Assembly (NCBI GenBank): GCA_964016885.1
Contig: OZ024740.1
Location: 196,230,001 to 196,294,000 of the forward strand
Direction of reading: 5' to 3'
DNA length: 64,000 bases
DNA from: Eledone cirrhosa
Taxonomy: Eukaryota
The position numbers were made by a program, and so were the translations under genes. This document shows positions 51,898 to 64,000 of this stretch, in pieces. Numbering within the stretch: the stretch's first letter is position 1; each line of letters begins with the position of its first letter. Under the pieces are notes generated by a model. That model made no database searches, was not told the origin of the DNA, and was given only the letters and a program-made list of their open reading frames with translations.

Positions 51898-52542
51898 GTT
51901 TCTGTTATCGTTGTAAATTTGCTTTCAGAAGCTTAAATTCACACGATTATAACTCATATAGTAAACCATAAGAGTATAAATAATACAAAACGTTTACTTC
52001 GTTTTTGCGCCAAATATTAGTTAAAATTGTCGTCGAAAGAAATTGTATATTATTACATCGTTGCTAGAGCAACCGATTCAGAAGAGTGTTCAGGACAATT
52101 AATTTGAATTGACGTCGAGTTATTTATGAGGCGAATAATTTAAATTTAGAATTTTACAGGTGCTTATTATTTCGATAAAACTTTTAATGCGTAATTTTCC
52201 ATCCTGTCCTTGCTTTGAATTAGTTTTATTTATCTTTTGTTGTTGTGAGTCTCCTTTCTTCTGATTGGATACTTCGAAAGTTTAGGCGCCGAATCATTGA
52301 TAACCGCGGCTATATTAAACCGCTCACTATTCTCTATTCTGCACTTCTCCGAAAATACTTTAAAAGGCGTTAGTGCTGCTCTCTTCTCTTAGCTAATTTC
52401 GGCATATTTATTTCTATTAATTCGGATATCTATCACGAAATTTCGATCTTTAATATTCTTAATTCCAACTTTTCTAGCATATTCTATTTATCGATACACT
52501 TTCATCTCAACATACGTATACATTTTTTGCCTATCCAACACA
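51898..52542. promoter_or_regulatory. Bidirectional promoter between STPG1-like and RRM2
   Basis: E2F-type TTTGGCGC (- strand, 52007-52014); X-box GTTGCTAGAGCAAC (52060-52073); CHR-like TTTGAA (52103, 52214); CRE-like TGACGTC (52110); CCAAT box as ATTGG (52264); TTTAGGCGCC (52281); TATA-like TATATTAA (about 52311). The interval is CpG-richer and repeat-free. Confidence 0.7.
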
Positions 52543-52596
52543 ATGAGTCTAGCATCAGTTAATAAGTACAACATGAAGATAAACGACGAGAATCAG
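52543..52596 (+). CDS. RRM2: Ribonucleotide reductase small subunit, coding exon 1 (MSLASVNKYNMKINDENQ)
   Basis: ATG at 52543, CAG|GTAT donor at 52597, phase 0. Resembles mollusc R2 N-termini as I recall them (MKI..EN..KKVLGE..N). Splices in frame to the downstream exons. Confidence 0.8.
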
Positions 52597-53639
52597 GTAT
52601 ATATTTATTTCCGTATATTTCCTAATTTACCTTTTTTAATCATTTTTCTTTATTTTTTGTATAGCACTATAGCTTTGGAATGTTTCGTGTCCTATAAAGA
52701 AACGGATGAGATTGGGGGTAGTCGGATGAAACTTAAAAACTTTAATCAGCTTTATTCAACAAAGCTTTTTTTAATTTGGTCAATTTAAGTCAATTCAGAC
52801 TTGGATAAACAAGGCAAACCGTGCAGATTAGAAGAAAAAAATCGGAAGAAAAGTCCTAACTGTATGATGCAAAAGCTTGCAGGAAATGATTTCCCTCCAA
52901 AAAGTAAACAAGTTATCTAACGAACAAAATTATAATATATAACTAATCCGAACGCCTACATATCACAATCTTTCATCAGCTTCTAAATCTAATTATTTCA
53001 CAACTTCTGCAATAATTTTTTATTATTATTTCAGGCAAACTTTTGTTGTTGCTAGATACAAAGAAAACGATTTATGGAGGGAAAATTTGACTACTCTCTC
53101 ACCCAGCTCCAGAAATCTTTCTGGTTAAATTTATTTTAAATATTGTGAATCGGGAATATATATACCATGACAAATGCTGAATTTATTTAGTTATTTTTAG
53201 AAAAAATTAATTTTTAAAATAATGCAATTATATTTTTGAAATTGTTAAATTTAGCTAAGGTCATTTGATATACTTGAAAGCTTAACCTAACTTTCTTATT
53301 TTTCTTTTATTTATACAAACATTCTTGAGTTTCTGTGTATATTTGATAACAAGAAATATAATTGTTTCTACTTTTGGCACAAGGCCAGCAATTACCCCAG
53401 TGCATTACTGGTACTTTATTTTATCGACCCTGTAAGGATGAAAGGCAAAGCTAACCTCGACAGGATTTGAACTCTGAATGCCATAACTCTATGCCGCAAA
53501 GCATGATGTCTGGCGCTCTACCGATACTGCCAATCCACCGCCAAAGAAATGTAATAGTAACATTATGAATAAAAAGAAATAAATATAATACAATGCTTAC
53601 AGAATGAGCGCAAAGAATATATAAAGGGGTGGATAACAG

Positions 53640-54510
53640 CGCAACGATAAGCAGTATCGCGAGGAGCACTGGGAAACCTCTCTAATGATTTTTGACAATG
53701 CTGATGCATTGGAACAACCAAGGGCCCTCGCTAGATTCATGAGTTACTTCTGTTAGGAATCTCGCAGTCAGCAGCCCGACTCCTTCGAACACCACAGGCT
53801 GGGAAATGTAGTTGGCCGACAGATCACAGTATTTTAGGATTTTGCTCCCGCTCTAACCGCAGCATCCAGGTTGTGGGAAGAAGCCAAAGAGTCACTAACT
53901 GTGACGTCCCAGGCAAGGCACCTGCCTCTCGACCAGGGGCACAGGGTAAGTCGTTAGGTCTTTTCCCATCACTCCTGGACAACCTAGATGCTTCCAAGAT
54001 TGAGGGGATGTTCGCCCGGACCAAAGCTCTCTTGAGAATAAGGTTTAGCTCCGTATAACGTGCGAAGCGACAGGCATTCAGGCGGCAAGAAAGACCGTGG
54101 AGGATTGCGGAGTCCGACACCAAACCCGTACAGACGTCAGTTCCCCCTCAGAGCAATAGAGTTGATGCCCTATCCAAGCTGGATAGGGCATCAACTCAGT
54201 CACCTGAGTATCTGGCGCTGGCAGATAGTAAACGGCACCTTGCAAACTGATACGCCTGGACGTCTTGCATCTTCTCGAACAGAGAAGCCCAACTCCATTG
54301 TTGGAGGATGTTGCTCACCAGGGTGGGTGAAGCAGGGGAGAGAGGGTCGAACATTTACGAAAACCAAGACCTCCAAATCGCTTGGGCAGCGCAGCCTGAT
54401 CGCGGGATTCTGGAGAGTGTCTAACATTGACGAAGGTTAGGTCGTCGAAGCGTTGGAGGCAGGACGGAAATCTGAGCAGATACAGGAGCTTAGGAATCGA
54501 AAGGTAGTGA
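53640..54510 (-). mobile_element. CRE-like (RLE-type) non-LTR retrotransposon 3' fragment in RRM2 intron 1
   Basis: QAALPKRFGGLG, HGLSCRLNACRFARYTELN..KRAL, GLSRSDGKRP, WDVT motifs. Confidence 0.75.
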
Positions 54511-55478
54511 AGCACAAAAAAAAACAAACAAAACAAAAAACGTAATTACTATGTACAAGTACGACGTAAAGAATCTCATTTCCGACTAGAATTCACTAAG
54601 AAATACCTTTTCTAAAATATTTGTTTATAATCTGATAGTATATGGAATAATCGAAACCGGCGGCAAAAGCTGGTGCAGTAATCAGAAGTGAGGTAGGCGT
54701 AAAATCTCGCTATCTTCAATTCGGTTTTTGTGCCATCCCTTACCTATTGGTCAACAATCTTGGATAATGATCAAAAGAATACGATCGCGAATACAAGTGG
54801 CCGAAATAATATTCTTCCGAAGCGTCTTTGGAGTAACGTTACTTACTCGATAGTGCGTAGCTCGGAGATCAGTCGCTCCTGGTGCATGTGGTTAGAATGT
54901 TTCTGGAAAGAATCGCTGGACAGATTTTACGAGCAAGAAACCCAGAGCAAGATGGTTGGATAACATCCATGAGTTTGGCTGTCACGCTTGGGGATCCAGT
55001 CGGATCAGTTGGAGACGGTTGCTACTGACAGGAAGGAGTATTTGAGGACTTTCCCCCACGACCCTCCCAGGAACAAATGGGCTAAGAAGGCAGCAAACCC
55101 CTTATTTCTAGGGGCTTTTTTTGTTCGCCACACTTATACAGTCTAAATCTGTCAATTTGCCGACAGTTCCTTAACTGTTTAGAACCATCAGGAATGCATC
55201 CACATGCAGCATTGTTTACATATTCTTCACACAATGAAGTCAGTTATTTGACCTATTATAATGTAGCTGGTGGATTAAAATGGGATGTATATAATGCATT
55301 GCTTGACTGCCGAAATATTGAATTCTTAGCTAGTAGTCCAAATACATTGATTCAGCGGCTATCTGATAATCGACCGGCGTGTTCTGCCCGGACTTATATT
55401 TTGGAAGGTTCAATCATGTTTAGCACCGCTTTCTTCGTTTATTATTGGAGTTGATGAAATTTCCCATTTCATTTCCAG

Positions 55479-55529
55479 GCTTCCGTGCGTCGCTCACCTA
55501 CCAAAAAGAAGGTGCTCGGAGAAAGTCAA
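55479..55529 (+). CDS. RRM2: RRM2 exon 2 (ASVRRSPTKKKVLGESQ)
   Basis: ttcccatttcatttccag acceptor, CAA|GTAAGT donor, 51 nt, phase 0/0. Contains the KKVLGE motif and an SPTK CDK-type site. Confidence 0.8.
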
Positions 55530-56832
55530 GTAAGTAATCATTTTTTCCTCTTATTTCTTATCTTTTTTGTAAAATTAAAAGGTTGAATCCTTAACGCTGC
55601 AAAAAAAAAAAATGGTAAAAGTAACTTGACTTGTTGCCGATCGTTCTTGGAAAACACCGCAGTTCATGATTAATTCGTATGAGTTCTTCATTATTTGTTC
55701 TATCTGGACAATTTCTATACATAGTTTCTTCAGATTAGTGTTTTACTTTATTATAATGAGCATAAAAAAATCACTTGGTAATATATTATTCATCCTCTTA
55801 TTCCTGAAAATGTTAGTCTTCTAAAGGGACCGCTTATTTGCATTTTCAATTGTCTTTATATTTATGCGCTTTAGTTTTTTTTTTGGGGGGGGGGGGTGTC
55901 AAATAACGAACCCTTTAAATTGCTAATATTAAAACACGGGGTTCGTGAATTTGATAAAAATGCGCTGGACCAAGCAATCCCGCAGACATAAATAAATATC
56001 TACTTCTTTATTACTAATGATGTGCAAAATTTGGTGTTTACATGGTCTATTGAAGCGTAAGTTTCGTGTCTTCATTTATAACCAGGTGCATCATTGAATC
56101 ATTTTTTTTTTTAATCAGAAGACGGTTTTGCAAATTGTAAACATTACGTAATTATATCTCTTTCGTTATATCCCATATACATTAACTCATTCAGGTATTT
56201 CTGAAGGTCGTGAATTAATCAGTTCGTTCAAGCTAATATTTTCTGGGGAAATATTTTAGAATTTTTTAGTTTTAAAAAACCTTTCAATACAGATCTGACT
56301 GGTCTATTACATATCTTCTAATTTTATTGTTTATATTTAAATTAAAACCTGCCATTTAATGTCTATGTAGGAGCATTATGTCACAAACAACTACTTTGTG
56401 GAATTATTTTAATAAATCTTTGCAAATGATTTCAAAATGAATTAAAACGGCATTGCATTGTTTTACGCTAGAAATAGTCATGAAGTGTTAAAATATCGTT
56501 CGTATTTTATCTCAAATCAGCCCCGTTTGAGCATATCTACAATCTAAAAGTATTGCAACTATAACCATTACAAGTGTCCTTCCCCTTTATCAGATATGTG
56601 CAATTTGGGATAACTCTGGATATTTCCAGTATATCCACATTGCTCCTTTATTGACTTTTGTTATTGCTCTAGACACTTCCAGAATCTACAAAATACAGTA
56701 TGAGGGAGATTATATCAAACTCTTTCCTATTACAGCTGTAAACTTATAAATTTGATCTTCAGACAATTTAAGTTCTTTTCTTAGACTTGTTTATCATTTG
56801 TAGTCTAACACTTTTTTTCTTCTCCTTTTCAG

Positions 56833-56859
56833 AATATTATTGCTGTTCCTCAGGAGCAG
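56833..56859 (+). CDS. RRM2: RRM2 exon 3, 27-nt micro-exon (NIIAVPQEQ)
   Basis: Long pyrimidine tract ending ttttcag, CAG|GTATGT donor, phase 0/0. Completes KKVLGESQ-N. Confidence 0.7.
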
Positions 56860-56932
56860 GTATGTTATCATTTCATGAATTGGTATTGTTAGGGGGGTCA
56901 TTAACAAAGTATTGAAAAATATCTATTTAAAC

Positions 56933-57072
56933 CAGTTATAGGCAAACTGCAGCCCATTGGGCTTTCTGAATGGCATACCTAGTTTCAAAACTGCCTTGAA
57001 TGTTTTTAGTGCGTCTTGCCATATGCTGAAACCATTCTATGCAGCCCACTGCTCGAAAAAGGTCTGTGCCTG
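56933..57072. mobile_element. Small Charlie-like MITE in RRM2 intron 3
   Basis: CAG...CTG ends, GCAGCCC internal motifs, 8-bp TSD ATTTAAAC. Confidence 0.55.
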
Positions 57073-57530
57073 ATTTAAACGTTTTTGTTTTAAAGTGCTG
57101 TGAACCAATAAATAACTACATAATTGTCTACTAGTAGTAATATTTGAATGAATTGAATAAGTATTGCTGCTGTTGCCACTGGCATCTTATTTGTCCTCTA
57201 AGTCATCAGAATGCTTGTTAATTAGACTCCAACCTCTTAACTTAGTATTTGATGGTTAGAAAAACTGCTTGGACAGATTTTAAAGTTTTATCACATCTGT
57301 TGGAGGGTAGACAAACACTGAAACTGTCTTATCTTATTTATTTGTAGCTTTTACTTTTGCTAATTCCCATTCCTTCAACTACTTGGTCAACATGGGCGAT
57401 TGCCTAATGGTATTTCCAATTGTAGAAGTTGAAAATTTCATTAGTATGAGATCATTGGAAATGCAATTAACTGAATTATATAATTTAAGAATGTTATTTA
57501 GATTTTTTTTCTATATTTTCTTTTCTTTAG

Positions 57531-57797
57531 CTCTCTAAGAAAGATGGGAAAATGACGAATGTTCAGGTGGAACCCCTATTACAAGAAAGCTCAAATCGTT
57601 TTGTGATGTTTCCTATCCAATATCAGGACATATGGAACATGTATAAAAAGGCTGTCGCTTCATTCTGGACAGTCGAAGAGGTTGATTTATCAAAGGATTT
57701 GGGTCATTGGGAGAAATTAAAAGCTGAAGAACAACACTTCATTTCTCATGTCTTGGCCTTTTTTGCTGCAAGTGATGGGATTGTCAATGAAAATTTG
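57531..57797 (+). CDS. RRM2: RRM2 exon 4 ([17 protein letters not shown]...[13 protein letters not shown])
   Basis: EPLL...[34 protein letters not shown] and [13 protein letters not shown] are R2 signatures. AG/GT boundaries. Confidence 0.97.
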
Positions 57798-58429
57798 GTA
57801 AGATGTACTTCTATCTTGTAGGGCATCATTTTTTATACAAGGTCACTTTTTAGTTAGCTGTGAAATTTGAAATCCAATCAGAATTATTAATGAAGTGGGC
57901 GCTCAGATTTTCAGTCTCTTTACAACTCATTAGGTTATTCTGTACTGTCATGCCCAAAAATATTAAATCTAAATCAATAAAAATATAAACAAGATTGATT
58001 TAAAGGTGGTTTATCAGAACAGGTATATTGATAGATGGGCATTAATGATTTGTTCAATGTGAAATATGTTGAATGAGAGCTTAATTTTATCATGTAAGCA
58101 AATGTTGACTTGCTTTAGACAGAAATGAGTTGGCAGATATATCTAAAAGTTTTATCAAAAGATGAGCTGTTTTTAGTTGTACATATTTCCCCTCACATCA
58201 AAATGGTATACTGTTTCTGTAAAATGTTTTGGATTTTGAAGAAGTCGATATGAAGAAATACTGTTGACATGAGTTGGTGATTGGTTTTTAGTTAGCTATG
58301 CTGATCTTGTCACAAGGTTGGGTGTTAAGTCTGAAGAGACATAAGACGTGTGGATTGTATATAAAAAAAAAAATTTTCAAACCCCTTTAATTGATCTATA
58401 ATTCTTTGTTTTTGAACTGATTTTCGTAG

Positions 58430-58563
58430 GTTGAGCGGTTCTATCAAGAGATCCAAGTCTCCGAAGCACGTTCTTTTTATGCATTCCAAATTGCGATTGA
58501 AAACATTCATTCTGAAATGTACAGTCTCCTTATTGATACCTACATTAAAGACTTTAAACAGCG
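58430..58563 (+). CDS. RRM2: RRM2 exon 5 ([45 protein letters not shown])
   Basis: ENIHSEMYS carries the iron ligands and radical tyrosine. 134 nt, phase 0 to 2, canonical splice sites. Confidence 0.97.
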
Positions 58564-58828
58564 GTATGTGTGATAAAGCATTTCTTCATTTTATTTTTGA
58601 AATCAGGGTGGTGGATTGGCAGAACTGTTAGACTGTCTGACTAAATGCTTTGTATTTTAGTTATGGCCTTGTACTACCAAAGTTAATTTTGCCTCATTCT
58701 TTTGGGGTTGGTAAAATAAAGTACCTGTCTCAATTTAATTGATTTTGCCCTCTACCCCAAAATTACTGTCCTTATGTCAAATTAGAAACTATTATTATCT
58801 TGCAACTTGAACTAAATATATAATTTCT

Positions 58829-59825
58829 TTAACCCTTTTGTGTTCAAACCGTCCAAAATTATTTCCCCTTCATTTGTTCAAACCCCCCGAAAACACCTAC
58901 ACTAAAAAATTGTTCTAAAAATAAACAAACCATCATCAAAATCTCAATTCTAGACTGCTGCGAGATTAGGCCCTTACTGCGAAAATTAACACTTAACAAC
59001 TTAAAACAACACGTGTTTTTTTAACTTTGAAAGTAGAACAAATTTTTTTAGTATCAACATGGCATCAACGACATTCAAAATAAACAAACAAACGATAATA
59101 TTAGTGATTTATCTTCAAATGAATCTGAATGTTTATATTTCTGAAATTTCGTCCGACGAGGATTGTTATTTTGAAAGTGAAAACTAAGCAGATCTCCAGG
59201 ACACCATTGAAAATATTTCAGCAACATGGTCGAAAAATACCACACCAATTACATGTTCCTGATTTTGTTGAAAATACTGGTCCACAACATAATTACCTCT
59301 CGATGCTAAAGCACTGGATTATTTCTTTTTGTTTTTACCACAAACTTTCTCCAAAGTTGTGGCAGAAGAGATTAATCAATATGCCCAACAACAACATTTC
59401 AAATCGAGGAAAACCCGATCTGTTTGGCGACCGACATGCTGCAGAAATGTAAGCATTTTTTACCATAAATATTATGGTCGGTATAAAACAATTTCCAAGA
59501 CTGGAATTACTGGAACACTGATATAAAGTTTAGTGATTCTTATATATCAAGTATTATGCCGAAAACGACGTATTTAAAATTAAACCAGTATTTGCACCTA
59601 GTTGATACTTCAAATGCCCCTATTAATTTCACCTGCTCATAAAAGTCAAATTTAACCAAAAAAATCAGGTAAAATTATATAATTGTAAAATTTCAAGCCT
59701 GCACATAGAACATTAAGAAAATTACAAACAAATAAAATTGATAACCCTCTTGAGTATGATTAACTGAAAATAATGCGAACAGATAAGCATGACATTTGAA
59801 AATAATGTGAATGTTAAAGGGTTAA
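58829..59825 (+). mobile_element. piggyBac deletion derivative in RRM2 intron 5
   Basis: TTAA-CCCTTT...AAAGGG-TTAA ends. The decayed interior reads F..F....VVAEEINQYAQQ, W.PT, NYW.T, SSIMPK..YLKLNQYLHLVD (PGBD-like). Confidence 0.8.
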
Positions 59826-59898
59826 ACCATAGTTGTAGTTTTGTTGACTTGGTGGTCAGATTTTGGCATATATCATTCATTATGTTTTTTCCAAATAG

Positions 59899-60124
59899 GG
59901 ATCATTTGTTCAATGCCATAGAAACAATGCCGTGCATTAAAAAGAAAGCTGATTGGGCTTTGAAATGGATTTCTGAAAAGGTCCCTTATTCGGAACGTGT
60001 TGTAGCTTTTGCTGGAGTGGAAGGTATCTTCTTCTCTGGTTCTTTTGCTGCCATCTTCTGGTTGAAGAAACGTGGTATCATGCCTGGTTTAACATTCAGT
60101 AATGAATTGATCAGCAGAGACGAG
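59899..60124 (+). CDS. RRM2: RRM2 exon 6 ([12 protein letters not shown]...[10 protein letters not shown]...ELISRDE)
   Basis: [36 protein letters not shown]; phase 2 to 0; GAG|GTAGGT donor. Confidence 0.97.
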
Positions 60125-60776
60125 GTAGGTTTATATTTTAATCTTGACATTAAGAAAATTATAATTTTAACAATAATTTAACCCTGTGAGCTATGATTAT
60201 CTTTTCAGTTGCTGACTACTCCCCATATTGGAATATTTTTTAGTTTACAAGCAGTATAAATGAGAAACATTTTAATGTGAAAAATTTAGAAAGAAAATAT
60301 GCATTGCCTTTTCTTTCTGAAAGTTGTTAACTTCTACTGTGACTTCACTGTCATCAAGATACGAGGGGAGAGGGAATCTGAAAAGATGTAAAATCAAATT
60401 TCTAACCTTTTTGATTTATGAATATAATATCAGAAGTGTAGTTCATATATTTAAAAAAATATGTATGCTGCTTTTTTAATCAAGTTACATAAACTATGAA
60501 TCTACAAGCAAGTATTTCTATAAGAAAACATACATCATTGACATGGTTTTGTGTGTGTGAAAACATACATCATTGACATGGTTTTGTGTGTGTGAAAAGA
60601 TATATATATATATTATATCACCAAGTATGTTTGGGGCTAATTGTTAGTTAAAATAGATTTAGATTGTACAAAATTTCAATGAAGGGAATATTTATAAGGA
60701 ACAATTTATCAGTGGAATGTGCAAATATATTTTTTCTTTCCTGTATCTTGATATTTATTTTTTTCTATATTTACAG

Positions 60777-60995
60777 GGTCTCCACACAGACTTTGCCTGT
60801 CTTATGTTCAAACACTTATCTCATCCACCATCTCAGGATAGAGTGTATGAGATCATTACTGATGCCGTTAAAATTGAACAAGAATTCCTTACAGAAGCTC
60901 TTCCTTGTAATTTAATTGGAATGAATTGTGAACTGATGAAACGTTACATTGAATTTGTTGCTGACAGACTTCTTGTTGAACTCAACTGTAAGAAG
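60777..60995 (+). CDS. RRM2: RRM2 exon 7 (GLHTDFACL...[17 protein letters not shown])
   Basis: Completes the DEGLH iron-binding motif; 219 nt, phase 0/0; AAG|GTAAG donor. Confidence 0.97.
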
Positions 60996-61995
60996 GTAAG
61001 CTAGCTCTGAGATATTTGCCCTCTGTTCTCCAGATTAATCCCAGTATGGAGTGGTTGTAGTGTTGGTGGTGATTTGAAATTGCATTCTTTAGTCTTTACA
61101 TTTTTCTTTGTACATAATGGATGAGATGAAAAGGTATTGAGTTAAGTAACGAGTAGAGTCATGGATTTAGTGATAATTATATTGGAGAAATGTTATGAAA
61201 ACCTAACTACTGTATACTATAGGCATTTCACTACTGGATAAGTAATGCCTTTTTTTTTTTTTTTTCACCTAGTAACTTAAAAGTTGATTTGCATGAAAAA
61301 ATTCTCAACACAATGGTATTCAAAATGTCTAGTCAGAGCATATTAAAACTTAATTCATTGTCTGGTTTAATACCACCACTTAGATGTCTTTAGCAGTTTA
61401 TTCTGTATTTGTGTCGGGTTTCCAGTTTGAGTATACTTTCCCTTGCAATCAAACTGGAAAAGGGTTTTGGGTATTGCCTTATTCCTCCTTGACGAAACGA
61501 GTTTACACATTCTTAAAATTATTTTATTAGTTTTGGAGGGTGTGTACAGATAGAGCTGTCTCTAGAAAAGATTTAAATTCTGGTTGGGTTTTATATGCGG
61601 ATCAAGAATCGGACCTGAGGTTGAGATTGTTACAACTGATTTTGTTTATATTTATGACTGTATAATACTTAGTATAGTTAATAGTCTTGTCGGATATATA
61701 ATAAATTACTAAGCTGATACATTGCAGTAGAAATATATAAAGAGCAAAGGATGACAGACCAGAAATCTGTTTTACCTAATATATATCAACATATTTCAGG
61801 AACACATTGATTGTTCCTTTTGTTTTGAACTGTTTTCATTTGAAAAGAGGGTATTGGCCCAGAAATATACTGGGTAAAACATTACTTTTTGTTTTATTTG
61901 CCCTTTATATATTTCTGAAATTTATCAGTTACTATAATACTTGTTGGCTCACGCATGCACAATTTTATCTTGATACTTTATATTCTCTTTTGCAG

Positions 61996-62145
61996 ATCTA
62001 TAACTCGGAGAATCCATTTGATTTCATGGAACATATCTCATTGGAAGGAAAAACTAATTTCTTTGAAAAAAGGGTTGGTGAATACCAAAAGATGGGTGTC
62101 ATGTCTGGTTCAAGTCACACATTTACACTTGATGCTGACTTCTAA
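61996..62145 (+). CDS. RRM2: RRM2 last exon ([32 protein letters not shown]...FTLDADF*)
   Basis: Ends in the R1-binding heptapeptide FTLDADF and a TAA stop. Summed CDS is 1128 nt (375 aa) and open throughout. Confidence 0.97.
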   Translation: MYNSENPFDFMEHISLEGKTNFFEKRVGEYQKMGVMSGSSHTFTLDADF

Positions 62146-62246
62146 ATATCTGGCCATTTCTAATTTATTTTTCCATATTGTACATAAAAAAGATTTGCTT
62201 TAGAGTGATATGATTGTTAAGAGATTATTGGTGTAATCGGAATGTA

Positions 62247-62266
62247 AATAAAATTCTTTCAATAAA
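62247..62266 (+). promoter_or_regulatory. RRM2 polyadenylation signals
   Basis: AATAAA at 62247 and 62261, about 100 nt after the stop, followed by a U-rich tract. Confidence 0.6.
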
Positions 62267-62601
62267 TTATTTCTTTTATCACTTGGTCAACTCCATATTA
62301 AAATGCTAATGTAAGTATATCTATGTATGTAACTGAACCTGGCAGCTATTCTCTCCACCTAATGGAATGAAATAAAATGTTGAAGACAGTTTTGGAGTGC
62401 ATATGCCCCCCTTGTTTTGGAGCAAGGGGGCTGGTAGCCCCTTTAGTTTGGTAAGTTTTATAAGTCATATACATACAAGCCTGCGTTTGATGAGGTTGAT
62501 AACCTGGTCAGCTTTCAGCCAGAGCTGTGGTGTTTAATCTCCCTAGGTAGTAAAATCTGGAGCCAGAATATCAACATCCTTACACTTAAATCTACATGCA
62601 T

Positions 62602-64000
62602 ATCATCACCGTTTTATGTCCGTTCTTCCATGCTAGAATGGGTTGTCCTATTGTGGGCAGTGTCTGGTCGGCTGACCATACCTTGCTCATACGGGAACTG
62701 ATTCTGGCTCGATTTCTACAGCTGAGTGTTTTTTTTTTTTTTGCTATGGCACCACCGTGACCACTTGGCAGTGGGAGCATATCGTTTATATGCTTCAGCG
62801 TGTACCCATCGGGTCTTCTGTATTACTGTGCGACGTCACGGTCCTGTGTCATCACCTTTGAGAAGTGTAATTGGGTAAGGTTGGCTTTTATCACCTCATC
62901 CCAGGTCTGCGGTTTCCATCGACTTCTAGTGCTCTGTACCTTTTTATGCAGCTGTCATCCTTCATATGCATCACATGTCCATACCAACGCAACTGCCTCT
63001 CCTGCACACGGCATTTGATTCCTTTTATGCTTTGCCATTCGCATATATTACTATTTATTACACATCCATCGGAACATGCAGGCTTTGTTTCTTGCTAATC
63101 TATGCAAGTCTTGCACAGACCACCCAGGTTTCCCTACCATGTAACATTGCTGTTCGTATACACATATAGTCTGCCTTTCATTTTGAGAGTAAAGCCTTTT
63201 GCAGCTGGCAGTAGCTCCCTGAACTTCTTCCATCCTGTTCTTACCCTAGTTATTGTATTTTCCAAACACCCACTGCTGCTAATTCGGTCAGCTAGGTAGC
63301 AGAAGCTGTCTACTGTTTCTCCAGAGTTTGGTGGTACTTGTTTCCTGTGGCTGCTTGTCTCAGCACAGCTGTTACATGTGAAGCCTACATTCTTAGTTAA
63401 GCTTCCTGAGATCCTGCTACATCTCTAGTGTACCCATTGTTTGCATTTGGGGCAGAGAATAGAGTTCTTACATACTGAGAAAGGCCATTTTTCCCTGAGG
63501 GGATCTGGGTTCTGTTTTCTTGTCTACTTACAAGGACCTCAGTCTTTGTCAGGTTGACTTTGAGACACTTGCTTCCAAGTTTGGAATTTCTTCTTTAGTT
63601 CTACCATAGATTCAACTATAAGTACGAGGTTATCTGCATACAGGAGTTCCCATGGGTATCTGGTCTTAAACTCCTCCGTTATTGCCTGCAGAACTGATGA
63701 ACAGGAGAGGGCTAAGAACAGAGCCTTGGTGGACACCGACCTGTACGCTAGTCATTGCTAATCCTAACTTTGCTGACTGCTCCCCTATACATGGCTTGTA
63801 CAGCTTTCACAAGCCATTCATCTACTAGTTTTCTAAGAGCTTACCTGATTATCGCACGGAACTTTGTCAAAGGCTTTCTTGAGATCAACGAATGCCAGGT
63901 AGAGTGGCTTACTTTTAGCTAGGTACTTTTCCTGTAACTGCCTCACAAGGAAGAGGGCATCAGTGGTACCTCATCCTGGCACAAACCCAAATTGCATCTC
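62602..64000 (-). mobile_element. RTE LINE 3' part, runs off the window
   Basis: Reverse complement of 45470-47066 with deletions (LQAITEEFKTRYPWELLYAD). Confidence 0.9.

Noticed and set aside
60524-60597. Short (about 33-bp) tandem duplication in RRM2 intron 6 (a similar 30-bp one at about 37634-37695)
   Set aside because: Ordinary slippage duplication with no structure.
57552-62145. Viral or horizontally acquired RNR
   Set aside because: Spliceosomal introns, a metazoan-type FTLDADF end and a cell-cycle promoter indicate the host gene.

Overview
AT-rich, repeat-dense animal genomic DNA, most likely a cephalopod or other mollusc (inferred from the SINE/RTE content and the RRM2 N-terminus). 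Two genes lie head-to-head with start codons about 645 bp apart. The + strand carries a complete 8-exon ribonucleotide reductase small subunit gene (RRM2-like, 52543-62145, 375 aa). The - strand carries an STPG1-like (SHIPPO/PGP-repeat) gene; six of its coding exons were found between 51897 and 1146, including a 30.8-kb intron, and it continues off the left edge. Their shared promoter has an RFX X-box plus E2F, CCAAT and CHR-like motifs. The introns hold a 6.2-kb defective Helitron with intact termini, many Helitron derivatives, a hAT remnant, piggyBac/hAT MITEs, several RTE LINEs with a PHD-like finger, CRE-like fragments and two tRNA-derived SINE families. The most notable signal is a set of non-coding, Penelope/retrozyme-like elements with minimal type I hammerhead ribozymes. 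One is a TSD-flanked 422-bp tandem unit with two intact hammerheads (36288-37014); a diverged relative at about 8.1-8.7 kb shows compensatory base changes. All calls come from reading the sequence by eye; no database searches were run.
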